Shown here: piece after piece, positions 30,289 to 39,827 of the stretch
How positions within the stretch are numbered: the stretch's first letter is position 1
Layout: each line of letters begins with the position of its first letter
Notes under the pieces: model-generated
Databases searched by the model: none
Told to the model about the DNA's origin: nothing
The model's input: the letters and a program-made list of their open reading frames with translations, nothing else
Source of the DNA: an uncultured archaeon
Lineage (GTDB): Archaea; Asgardarchaeota; Lokiarchaeia; Sigyniarchaeales; SOKP01
DNA: 48,767 bases
NCBI GenBank assembly: GCA_964388035.1
Contig: CAYLZE010000002.1
Location: 98,141 to 146,907 of the forward strand
Reading direction: 5' to 3'
Made by a program: the position numbers and the translations under genes

Positions 30289-30542
30289 AAATTACTGAAA
30301 GAGAACAATCATTTTAAGGGAAAAACATTGATTACTATCAATCTCAAATCCTTTTCAAAAATATATTGAGAAGTCCCGTTTCCAATCAGACAATTAGGAG
30401 GATATTGAGAATCGAGTGCGGACTTTTAGAACTCTTTCAAGTTAATATTCCATCAAATGGTGAATAATTAGATGCTATTGACCTCAAGTATACAGATTAC
30501 GTAATCAATTCACGGTTCATAAAATTTTTATGATGGTTATAT

Positions 30543-31397
30543 ATGTTATTTCTTATGAATGACAGTTTTCTCAAAAAGCATGAACTTACATTATATTATG
30601 TTTTCGCCTTGATATTAACGAGTTTGGGTGGATTTGTTTCATATGCGTTCCAAATCCAGATTTTTAGTCCAAGTAATCTGAATTTTATTGCATTTTTATT
30701 ATGGGTACTAATGGCTTTTAGCCCCACCATTACTGCTACTCTCCTTACAGCCATTAATTCTGGCAAAACAGGATTAAAAGAATTATTTTCTGGATTCTTG
30801 AAGGCTAAAGTGTCTTGGAAATGGTGGCTTGCTGCCCTCATACTTTTATTTTTACCGTTGGCTGTTTGTTTCATCCTAGTATCATTCAGTGGAAGTTGGT
30901 CGATCCCTGCGGATTTCACTATATCGCTTTTGCTCACTTTTTTCCTGTACAATTTCTTTTCAGGACCTGCATCGGAAGAAGCAGGCTGGCGAGGGTTCGC
31001 TCTTCCACGAATGCTCAAGAGATGGAATGCAACCACAGCCACGCTCGTCCAAGCTGCTATATGGATTGTTTGGCACGTTCCCTATGCATTCGTTCCCGGC
31101 TCATCGCAATCAACCGCCTTCTGGCCAGTTTATGCAACTTTGATATTAGCGATCAATATAATCTTAAATTGGCTTTATGTTAACTCAAAAAGTAGCTTAT
31201 TGATTACTACGATAGCTCATTTTTGCTTCAATTTCAGTAGCGTGCTCATTTTGGGATTGCTCATGCTGATTTCTTCCATGCAATTTAACATCATTGGAGC
31301 GATTTTAGGAGGTGCATACATTTTATTGATCTTTATTTGTTTTAATGCGAAAACATTTACTCGGTGGGTTAAATCAAGTAAAGAACAACCAGAATAA
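30543..31397 (+). CDS. CPBP (Abi/CAAX type II) intramembrane glutamic protease
   Basis: EEAGWRGF, W..WH and HFCFN motifs; multiple TM helices. Confidence 0.92.
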   Translation: MLFLMNDSFLKKHELTLYYVFALILTSLGGFVSYAFQIQIFSPSNLNFIAFLLWVLMAFSPTITATLLTAINSGKTGLKELFSGFLKAKVSWKWWLAALILLFLPLAVCFILVSFSGSWSIPADFTISLLLTFFLYNFFSGPASEEAGWRGFALPRMLKRWNATTATLVQAAIWIVWHVPYAFVPGSSQSTAFWPVYATLILAINIILNWLYVNSKSSLLITTIAHFCFNFSSVLILGLLMLISSMQFNIIGAILGGAYILLIFICFNAKTFTRWVKSSKEQPE

Positions 31398-31566
31398 ATT
31401 TAATTTATCCTCTGAAGGATTACATCAATCCTTATTCAGAGTATTTCTTTTTTTTAAGTCATGTTAGTCTTTGTTATCCTTTTATAAGTCTTTTTTTATA
31501 AAAATGCTAATTGGTTTAATTTAGTTACCTTCTATTTTTAGTAGATAAAAAAAAATGGAATGAGAA

Positions 31567-32919
31567 CTAACTTTTCTTTTCCCATTCAAAGTCTAGTTGA
31601 ATAAATTTTCTAGCGAAAAAGTAAGCCACTATCAGAATGGCTGAACAAATTGGCCCCCATAAGATGTATCCAATAGAAAAAGCGGAGGATCTTAGTGTAA
31701 TTTGAGGTAATTCTAACACACCGCCCATGATAATTAGCCCTATTGCTTGAAAAATGTTTAAAGGAATACTAGGAAACCCTATATACGTCCCAGCTTTTAG
31801 TTCTCCGGTCACTTTTTCATCATCTTCGGAGATATCGGGTACCATTATGGATTGAAAGATGTACCATCCGGATAAGATCCCTGCTATTCCAAGTAGGAAA
31901 AGAATTCCATAAATTACCAACGGTAAATTCTCAATTAGTCCTAATAACGTTAAGGGGAGAAATATAGCTGCCACTAATAAATCATAGAGAAGGCTTTTCT
32001 TTTTACCGAATTTTCTTATCAATATTCTCCAAATATACAAGAAAAACAGAATGCCCAGAATGAATATGGCGGCGGCGACTATGTATATTGTTTCGCTTAA
32101 TTGTAATACGACTTCCGTGAATAACAAGATTAAAGAGCTTACTTGTGTCCAAGCTAAACTGGCAATGCCAATCATCAAGGTAACCAATAAAAAGTTTTTA
32201 TTTTTTATTACTGTTTTCAATGCTTCCACCATAGTTGAAGTAATTGGATAAGGTGGTTCCGTCGGCATGCAAAATGCAGATAAGTAGAAGAAAAAAACGG
32301 GAAGTATTCCAAATAATATGACCAAATAAAGAAATGTGGGAGGAATATTTGAAGGATTTACTTGAATTTGGTCAATGAAGCGGGTCAAAATTAGCAGGGA
32401 GAAAACAGCCATGGTGGCAGTTCCTGCAAATGAGAAGGTTTGCTCAAATTGGGCTGCCTTTGGCCTATCTACCGATCTAAATTGTTCGGCCATCCAAGCG
32501 CCTTTAACGCTAGTTAAACCATATGCAAAATTAAAGAATTGATATATTATTAATAACCAAGTAAAGATCGCAGTCTTATCGTTTAAGGGCAGAAATAGAG
32601 TGGGTAATAATAGCAGAATAAATGAAATGCCCAATAAAGGACTTAAAATTATCATGTAAGGTTTCCTTCGACCCCATCGGGTATATTTGGCATCACTTAG
32701 CCATCCTAAAAAGAATTGGGAGCCCGCAATCATGAGCTTGCCCATTCCCAGAGCAAACCCCACCATTAATGGTGGAATTTGATACGCAAGAATATATAAT
32801 GTAGCGAGAGCGACATCTGCAAATCCCATCATTACTGATGTGCCGTATTTTGGAATCGTGTAAAATAAAAAGTTCCTCTGCCTATTTGGTGGTCTTTCAA
32901 TCTGAGTTTGTTCGTTCAT
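31567..32919 (-). CDS. MFS transporter, GPH family
   Basis: GWLSDAKYTRWGRRKPY and PDISEDDEKVTGELKAGTY motifs; about 12 TM helices. Confidence 0.9.
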   Translation of the reverse strand: MNEQTQIERPPNRQRNFLFYTIPKYGTSVMMGFADVALATLYILAYQIPPLMVGFALGMGKLMIAGSQFFLGWLSDAKYTRWGRRKPYMIILSPLLGISFILLLLPTLFLPLNDKTAIFTWLLIIYQFFNFAYGLTSVKGAWMAEQFRSVDRPKAAQFEQTFSFAGTATMAVFSLLILTRFIDQIQVNPSNIPPTFLYLVILFGILPVFFFYLSAFCMPTEPPYPITSTMVEALKTVIKNKNFLLVTLMIGIASLAWTQVSSLILLFTEVVLQLSETIYIVAAAIFILGILFFLYIWRILIRKFGKKKSLLYDLLVAAIFLPLTLLGLIENLPLVIYGILFLLGIAGILSGWYIFQSIMVPDISEDDEKVTGELKAGTYIGFPSIPLNIFQAIGLIIMGGVLELPQITLRSSAFSIGYILWGPICSAILIVAYFFARKFIQLDFEWEKKS

Positions 32920-32959
32920 TTTAGATCTTCTTTATTATGTAGCATTTTAAAATAATTCT

Positions 32960-33016
32960 TTAATAAAATTATTGCCTTGATCATTATTTAAATCTTACAT
33001 TTCATAGAAAATTATA
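32960..33016. repeat. 57-bp direct repeat R1; contains a minus-strand TATA-like TTTAAATA, probable MFS promoter
   Basis: 53/57 identical to 33184-33240. Confidence 0.9.
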
Positions 33017-33017
33017 G

Positions 33018-33180
33018 ATAATCCCGGGTTTATCCCGTGGGAAGTTCGACTACAAATTTTCAATCGATCCTTTTCTACTAAAAATCCAAATAGGGGATTA
33101 GGCACGTATAGCATGAAATTTTTAAGCTTATTTTTGAAGGGAGCCGTGTCTTTTACGATTTCTGAAAAGGAAGGAACTAG
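33018..33180 (+). pseudogene. 163-bp copy of the histidine-kinase HATPase region (36381-36543)
   Basis: Ungapped 147/163 identity with a 56-nt perfect core; encodes NPGFIP..V.LQIFNRSFSTKNPNRGLGTYSMKFLS. Confidence 0.95.
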
Positions 33181-33183
33181 TTC

Positions 33184-33240
33184 TTAATAAAATAATTGCC
33201 TTGATCATTAATTAAATCTTACTTTTCATGGAAAATTATA
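33184..33240. repeat. 57-bp direct repeat R2
   Basis: 53/57 identical to 32960-33016. Confidence 0.9.
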
Positions 33241-33252
33241 AGTAAAATTGTA

Positions 33253-34617
33253 TTATTTCATTACAAGTAAAAATCCATCGTTCGTGGTAATGATAAGGGA
33301 TTGGTGTGGTCCTATTATCAATGAGGAGATAGGATGACCAACTTCAATTTCTCTTAATTTCACGCCCTTGGCATTGAAAACATGTACTTTTCCGTCAAGA
33401 GTTCCTAAATATGCAAAATCATTTCCATCTATTATGGGATTCGCGGTAACTGGGGCACTCAATTCAATAGCTTCATGATTCAATGTGTTTTTTGTACGGA
33501 TAGTATTCGTATCAAGTTTTAAAAGCCATTTTGAGGGCTCATGACCTCTATCTTCAAGTCTTATCCAAATGATATTATTTTTGCCTATTGCGGGATGACC
33601 AATGGGGTTCAAGCCAAAAAGCTTACCATATTTTCCTATAGAATCTTTATCGCTTAACCTATCCCAAGTCCAAATAGAGTGATCAAGCATTGAATCTGCT
33701 AATTTAAAGTGTTTTTTATACGTAAGATTCCTTCCACCATCTCTCATGCCAAGATCTTTGGGAAGATTCATGGCTAAAATATCTTCAAGCTTGAAGGCAA
33801 TTAATTGTCCAAATCTCCCGCCCATATAGTAAATGATATTCTCATGATCTACACATATAGAAGTCGGATGGAGGCATCCAGAAACATAATAATCCGGTAA
33901 AAAGAACCCTAATTTTTCGCCTAAATAATTAAAAAACACGCATTCGTAATAAAAATCTTCATTAATTTCGTCAGGAGGGTCCCAGGTGTATGCTTCGGGA
34001 TGAGTAATGTTAGCGCGATAAGATACGTAAAGATTTCCCTTCTCATCAATTGCCGCAGGAGATACTTGCACGTTTCGCCCGATTCTCCATTCTTTTGTTA
34101 AGCGAGGATCATCTTTTCCATAGGAATGACCATCGGGGGAGAGAACATATAATCCCGCCCAATCGATGCTCCAAGCAGGCACATAAATGATTCCGTGGAG
34201 CCCAATATTTGGCGGAGAGGGAAGCCCATCAATTAGTTTCTCCCATTTTAAATCTCCATTAGCTTCCCAACACTGTATTCTCGCAGTCGTTCCCAGGATT
34301 AAACTCCCATCTTGTCGTATGACTGGAGGGGTCATCCCATAAAAAGGTTCTCCACTTGTCATAAATATTCCCTTTTTCCATTTTTGCCGCCCGTTAAAAT
34401 TAAGAGCGAGTAATTCGTTTGAGTCAAGAGCTAAATATATCGAATCATCAATACCAATTATGGGTTCCCATGAATGAGATCCTACCTTCATTCTCCATTG
34501 AATTTCATTCCCTCTTGGACCATAAAGCATACTTTGTCCCGTTGATCCCCTATTACCACGGAATCTTGGCCATGATGTCGACGCAAGAATGAATTCTTTA
34601 TTATCTAATGCAGCCAT
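33253..34617 (-). CDS. PQQ-like/BamB-type beta-propeller repeat protein
   Basis: WPRFRGN..STG motif, repeated P.I..DG.IY...L.A....G..KW blades, YLGTLDGKVH. Confidence 0.75.
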   Translation of the reverse strand: MAALDNKEFILASTSWPRFRGNRGSTGQSMLYGPRGNEIQWRMKVGSHSWEPIIGIDDSIYLALDSNELLALNFNGRQKWKKGIFMTSGEPFYGMTPPVIRQDGSLILGTTARIQCWEANGDLKWEKLIDGLPSPPNIGLHGIIYVPAWSIDWAGLYVLSPDGHSYGKDDPRLTKEWRIGRNVQVSPAAIDEKGNLYVSYRANITHPEAYTWDPPDEINEDFYYECVFFNYLGEKLGFFLPDYYVSGCLHPTSICVDHENIIYYMGGRFGQLIAFKLEDILAMNLPKDLGMRDGGRNLTYKKHFKLADSMLDHSIWTWDRLSDKDSIGKYGKLFGLNPIGHPAIGKNNIIWIRLEDRGHEPSKWLLKLDTNTIRTKNTLNHEAIELSAPVTANPIIDGNDFAYLGTLDGKVHVFNAKGVKLREIEVGHPISSLIIGPHQSLIITTNDGFLLVMK

Positions 34618-34870
34618 GCTATTTTTTTTTATTTTCTTCCGTTAAAATAGCTTTTCTTATACATTTCATTATAACTAAATATAGAGGGATATTTAAGTAT
34701 TAAAAGGTGAGTTTTTCTGATACCATGCTCTTATTATTAGGATGTAATCTAACGTGATTTTTTACCTTTTCTTATACCTCTATTTGATTTAATTAATGGG
34801 AGATTTTATCCAAAAAAAATGGTATAAAATGACAAAATTCATTATTATTACATAATCAATTATTTCAATT

Positions 34871-35266
34871 GTGCCTTCAGTAAAAAAATAAAAACTAAAA
34901 GGAAAAAGCCAAGAATATAAAAAAGCAATATCGAATGGAATTCATGTTTCTTTGGTCAAAACGCTCAAAATTCCTGATGATGATAGAAAACAACATCTTT
35001 ATGAGCTGGATTAATCTAATTTTGAAATCCATCCCAAAAGATCAAATAATTACATGTTAATAGTGCTTACCATGTTTAAAGGGAGGACGGTTGAAACGAA
35101 AAAGAAATTATATACCGAAATCATCGCTATTTTGAAGAATTCACCCAGGATTGATGGAAATGATAATATTATTATGGTTATCCATGAACTAGAATTGGAA
35201 AATTGGGACATAAGAGGAGGAAAATTTCCCAATAAAGCAACCTTAGAATATAAAATTGACATATAA
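34871..35266 (+). pseudogene. Tautomerase (4-OT/MSAD-like) pseudogene
   Basis: One frame from a GTG with catalytic Pro1: MPSVKK*KLKGKSQEYKKAI..GIH..LV..LKIPDDDR.Q.LYELD*...MFKGRT.E.KKKLY...ENW.IRGG; two in-frame TAA. Confidence 0.85.
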
Positions 35267-35437
35267 CGCGAAAGGGACTTATTTACATTTTAATAGGTCA
35301 TCTAACATCAATATTATACTTCGTTTTAGAAGTATTAATAAATAATAACTATATGATCTAATTCGATTATCAAATATTATGTTTTAATTTTTTATAGAAA
35401 GTTTATTTTATATCATGATTAAATTAGGTTTTCCGTC

Positions 35438-36583
35438 ATGATAAATAAAATTCAAAAGGATCTAGATTTAAATCTGAAAGAGAGAGCGAGTGACGAAGAA
35501 ATACAACGACAAGTTCTACTGTTTCAAAATAATGAGGTTTTGAATGAATTTTTGGGAAAAATCCCCATGGTATTTCTCATCGTGAATAAATATAGACAAA
35601 TAGTGTATCTTAACGAAGGAGCATTAGAATTAACAAATATGGATGACGTGGCTTCTGCAGTTGGAAAAAGACCCGGAGAATTAATAGGCTGCATTCATTC
35701 TACGGAAAGAAGTACTGGATGTGGAACAGTTGAAGCGTGTACTTATTGTGGGGCATTGGATGCCGTATTAGAAAGTCAAAAAGGTAATCCTACAACAAGA
35801 GAATGTCAATTGATCCTCAATACAAATAGTGCTTTAAACCTGCGTATACATGCTGCTTCTCTTTCAATTAACGGAGAGAAATTCACTGCTATCACCCTCC
35901 AAGACATCCAACATGAAAAATGGAGATTGTTTTTAGAACAAATATTTTTTCATGATCTTCTTAATTCTGTATCCACTTTGAAAGGAATTTTTGATTTATT
36001 GGAAAATTACAAAGAAAAGTTAAACGAAAACGATCTGATAAAAATGGCTGGCGATGTTATCCAAGGTCTCATCGAAGAAATTCAATCTCAACATCTCCTA
36101 ATTAATGCAGAAAATAATCGCTTGAAAATTAGCATTGACACGTTCAATACCATGAATTTACTGGAAGAAATATATAAAACGTATAAAGAACATGATTTAG
36201 TTAAAGGAAAATCCTTTCAACTTGATTCAAATTCTGCGTCCATTACTATTACTTCGGATAGAACGCTGTTGAAGAGAATCTTAATCAACATGATCAAAAA
36301 TGCTCTGGAAGCCACTCCTGAAAACGGGAAAGTACTCTTTGGATGTAAACAAAAAAAGGCTCAAGTTCAATTTTGGGTGCATAATCCCGGCTTCATCCCA
36401 CGGGATGTTCAATTACAAATTTTCAACCGATCCTTTTCTACTAAAAATCCAAATAGGGGATTAGGCACGTATAGCATGAAATTCTTAAGCTCCTTTTTAA
36501 AGGGAGCCGTTTCTTTTACGACTTCTGAAGAGGAGGGAACTAGATTCACAGCTGAATTTCCAATTTCTCTTAATGAAGATTAA
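35438..36583 (+). CDS. Soluble sensor histidine kinase with Cys-rich PAS-like input domain
   Basis: H-box FFHDLLN, N-box NMIKNALEA, FSTK...RGLG; GCIHS...GCG...C..CG cluster. Confidence 0.9.
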   Translation: MINKIQKDLDLNLKERASDEEIQRQVLLFQNNEVLNEFLGKIPMVFLIVNKYRQIVYLNEGALELTNMDDVASAVGKRPGELIGCIHSTERSTGCGTVEACTYCGALDAVLESQKGNPTTRECQLILNTNSALNLRIHAASLSINGEKFTAITLQDIQHEKWRLFLEQIFFHDLLNSVSTLKGIFDLLENYKEKLNENDLIKMAGDVIQGLIEEIQSQHLLINAENNRLKISIDTFNTMNLLEEIYKTYKEHDLVKGKSFQLDSNSASITITSDRTLLKRILINMIKNALEATPENGKVLFGCKQKKAQVQFWVHNPGFIPRDVQLQIFNRSFSTKNPNRGLGTYSMKFLSSFLKGAVSFTTSEEEGTRFTAEFPISLNED

Positions 36584-36896
36584 TTACAAGGTAATATTTA
36601 TTCGAACAACACTAATTTTAGAATATTTTTAAAAAAAGAATTCTTCATTTTTGTCACATTTAGGTTTTTATTATAGCGTGGCAATTAGAGAAATTTTTAG
36701 ATGAATTGATTAATTGCGATAATTTGCTCAATTTTTTCTTCTCATAATAAGAGTTTATTTAATATTAAATTCGATATCTTGCCAGTTTAGTTGGAAATAA
36801 ATTGCAAAATTACTCATCATGATCAATAGCAAGCAGCAAAATGAATCAAAAAAGGAATCCAATCGAGTTTCAGAATCAAGGAAAGGTCAATCATAT

Positions 36897-36920
36897 CGAT
36901 AGGGATGGATAATCCTATCG
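36897..36920. promoter_or_regulatory. Inverted repeat CGATAGG-N10-CCTATCG upstream of aor
   Basis: 7-bp perfect arms about 30 nt upstream of an AT-rich TATA-like region. Confidence 0.4.
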
Positions 36921-37043
36921 CATGCAAGTGGAATATCGATTAAAACTTATTAATATAAGAATTAATCTAATAAATATCAAACAATTTTAATTAGTATAAA
37001 GATATTATTTAATCAAAAACAAATCAAAGTTGAACGTGATAAG

Positions 37044-38987
37044 ATGAGTAAATCTAAAGAAATTACAATTCCAGACCAGATAAAAGGTTATGCTCAAACC
37101 AGACTCGACGTGGATTTAACAGATGGGAAAATTTCAAAATCCGAATTATCGAAAGAATTCTGTAGGGATTGGATTGGGGGATATGGATTTGGTGCAAAGA
37201 TTTTATGGGATGAATTAGAACCGGGCGTGGATCCCTTAGGTCCCGATAACATTTTCGTTTATGCCCATGGTCCCTTTCCTACCACTATATTACCTACTAG
37301 CTCAAAATATGGTGTTTTTGCAAAATCTCCATTGACTGGTTTTTTTGGAATGGCTATATCATCTGGAAGCGTAGGGGCACAGGCACGGCGCGCGGGAGTA
37401 AACATGATCGTTTTCAAGGGGAAAGCACCCGATCCTGTATACTTGGTGGTAGATGATGATGATTATTATTTAGTTCCTTGTGAAAAAACCGTATGGGGAA
37501 AGGGTTGTTGGGAAACGGAAGAACAATTAAGGGAAGAATTTCAAGATCAGAGATTAGCCGTCATGTCAATTGGACCTGCGGGAGAGAGAATGAGCAGGAT
37601 GGCATGCATCACTAATGATAGGAATCGACAAGCAGGTCGCACGGGAATGGGCGCAGTCATGGGTTCTAAGAATTTAAAGGCCATTTGCTTTAGAGGAACA
37701 AAAGGAATCCAAGTAGCGTATCCTGCCGAATTTTATAAAATGGCTAAAAAATTAATTAAGGTGGCGAATGGTCCGGCAACCGCAAAATATCGCGATTTAG
37801 GAACCCCTTCGGGATTAACCAGTTACAATAAACTTGGAATGATGCCCACATTCAACTATAGAGAGGGAACGTGGGAAAAGATCACGGAAGGTCCCATTTC
37901 AGGGGAGATTCTCAATGAGGATTGGGTAGTAAAGAAAGTAGCTTGTTCCCAATGTAGTATTGGATGTGATCATCTTGCAAGAGTACCTAAAAGCCATCCT
38001 GATTATCCCAATTTAGTGGCAAGTGTTGATATAGAATTAGTTTATGGATTTGGAACGGCATGTGGTAATTGGGACTGGCCTACCATATTTAAATGTATTA
38101 CGCTATGCGATGATTTAGGTATTGATGCGATATCGGGAGGAGTTACTGCAGCAATGGCTTGCGAGTTATATGAAGAAGGAATCATCACTAAAGAGGATTT
38201 AGGATATGAATTGCCCTTCGGTTCTACTCATAATCTCGTAAAGTTCACGGAAGAAATGATTATGAACAAGGGTTTTGTGGGAAAGATTTTCGGAGATGGC
38301 ACTAAACAGGCGGGAATAAGGTTGGAGGAAATGGGGAGAAAAAATGCGGGTTATTATGGAATGCAAATAAAAGGATTGGAAATGCCCGCTTTCGATCTTC
38401 ATGGCATGACTTCCTTTTCCGTTGGAGAAAGCGTTTCCATTAGAGGTGCTTGTCACTTAAGAAATGGAGCTTATGGATTAGATGCTAAAGGCACCTTTGA
38501 TCGCTTTGGATACGATAAACCCGTTGAACGAGGAAAGGCTATAATTGAACTGGAAGATGTTTATGCTATCATTGATTCGTATATTATTTGTAAATTTACC
38601 CGAGGAATTTATGAAACGGATGCTGAAATGGCAAAGGTATATGAATTGGTTACTGGTATTCCAGCCACGGATGAATCAATCAAAAAGAGAGGAGCTGCAA
38701 TCCTGAACCTTTCCAAATGCTTTAATATTCGGGAAGGATGGACGCGAGCGGATGATCATCCTCCGGAACGTTTTTTCAAGCAAGCCCATACCAAGGGCCC
38801 TGCCAAGGGATTTACTTTAGATGAGAAAGGATTTCAAACCATATTAAGTGGTTATTATGAAGCCAGAGGATGGGATAAAGAAACCGGTATTCCTACAGAT
38901 GAAACTCTTAAGGATTTAGGATTGGATTTTGTTATCGGAAATCTCGAACCAAAAGCCCCAAAAACCAAGAAAGGAGGAAAAAAGTAA
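37044..38987 (+). CDS. aor: Aldehyde:ferredoxin oxidoreductase (tungstopterin AOR family)
   Basis: KSPLTG, IGPAGE, GRTGMGAVMGSKNLKA, CSQCSIGC, DDLGID, RGACH and YYEARGWD motifs. Confidence 0.95.
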   Translation: MSKSKEITIPDQIKGYAQTRLDVDLTDGKISKSELSKEFCRDWIGGYGFGAKILWDELEPGVDPLGPDNIFVYAHGPFPTTILPTSSKYGVFAKSPLTGFFGMAISSGSVGAQARRAGVNMIVFKGKAPDPVYLVVDDDDYYLVPCEKTVWGKGCWETEEQLREEFQDQRLAVMSIGPAGERMSRMACITNDRNRQAGRTGMGAVMGSKNLKAICFRGTKGIQVAYPAEFYKMAKKLIKVANGPATAKYRDLGTPSGLTSYNKLGMMPTFNYREGTWEKITEGPISGEILNEDWVVKKVACSQCSIGCDHLARVPKSHPDYPNLVASVDIELVYGFGTACGNWDWPTIFKCITLCDDLGIDAISGGVTAAMACELYEEGIITKEDLGYELPFGSTHNLVKFTEEMIMNKGFVGKIFGDGTKQAGIRLEEMGRKNAGYYGMQIKGLEMPAFDLHGMTSFSVGESVSIRGACHLRNGAYGLDAKGTFDRFGYDKPVERGKAIIELEDVYAIIDSYIICKFTRGIYETDAEMAKVYELVTGIPATDESIKKRGAAILNLSKCFNIREGWTRADDHPPERFFKQAHTKGPAKGFTLDEKGFQTILSGYYEARGWDKETGIPTDETLKDLGLDFVIGNLEPKAPKTKKGGKK

Positions 38988-39557
38988 ATGTCAGCTAAAG
39001 CTAAAGGATCTTCCACTAAAAAGAGAGGAGGCAAGATGCATCAATTCATCTGCGTCGACGCTAATCTCTGCACGGGATGCGAAACATGTGAAAGCGTTTG
39101 TAGTTTCGTGCACGATGCGGCATTCAACCCAATCAATACCAGGATCCACCGCGTTCGAATCGAACCTATTCTAAACACCGCACTTGCTTGCCAGAAATGT
39201 GAAGACGCCCCCTGTGTCCGATCTTGCCCCGAGAAGGCCTTGGAACGGAATGAAGAAACGGGTTCAATCATTGTCATTGAAGATAAATGTAATGGTTGTG
39301 CTTTTTGTGTTAGAGCTTGCGATTTTGGGGTTATTTCATTACATATTGATTCTCAAAAAGCCTTAGTTTGCGATCTTTGCGAAAGCATGAAAGAAGAATT
39401 TATTGATCCTGAAAAAGGCATTCCCGAACCCCAATGTATCGAAGTTTGTCCAAAGGAGGCTATTTCTCTAAAGAATGTGGAACAAATAGGAGAAGAGAGT
39501 CGAATAGATGCGGTAAAGCGATTATTTTCGGATTTATTAGCTGATTATGAAAGTTAA
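38988..39557 (+). CDS. Multi-4Fe-4S electron-transfer subunit partnering AOR
   Basis: Four CxxCxxCxxxC(P)-type motifs; alternative start at ATG 39037. Confidence 0.93.
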   Translation: MSAKAKGSSTKKRGGKMHQFICVDANLCTGCETCESVCSFVHDAAFNPINTRIHRVRIEPILNTALACQKCEDAPCVRSCPEKALERNEETGSIIVIEDKCNGCAFCVRACDFGVISLHIDSQKALVCDLCESMKEEFIDPEKGIPEPQCIEVCPKEAISLKNVEQIGEESRIDAVKRLFSDLLADYES

Positions 39558-39827
39558 CTACTAACATTCCTTTTTTACTTCCATATCTTTTTTTTCTTAT
39601 TTCATTATTTAAGCTTCATGAGAACAATCTCAATTTAGTTCATTTCAATTCCGAATTTTTCAATGTCCTCTTAATTTATCCATGACTTATTCGTGTAATT
39701 TTGAAAATAGTAATCAAAATGTAATAATGTAATAATTTTCATACTTAATAGATTTACCAAATTTTTTATTACAATATCAGTTTCTGTTTTTTAAAATACA
39801 ATTATTTTTCAAGAATAAGAATGAGGG

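Noticed and set aside
30370-30426. GTTTCCAATCAGAC CRISPR-repeat-like word and AAGTCC...GGACTT inverted ends (possible ncRNA or MITE)
   Set aside because: Single occurrence with weak pairing; there is no second copy in the window.
33018-33180. Diversity-generating retroelement template/variable repeat pair with 36381-36543
   Set aside because: Mismatches are not adenine-specific (many C/T, and mostly synonymous), the target is a conserved catalytic region, and no reverse transcriptase is in the window.
32960-33240. Mini CRISPR array (repeat-spacer-repeat)
   Set aside because: The 57-bp repeats and 163-bp spacer are too long, there are only two imperfect copies, and no cas genes are present.
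34871-35266. Stop-codon recoding (TAA read as Glu) in the tautomerase, or TGA as selenocysteine in the DUF364 gene
   Set aside because: TAA is the main terminator of intact genes here. The DUF364 gene also has TAA stops and a frameshift, and its TGA is not at an evident Cys position. Ordinary pseudogenisation explains both.
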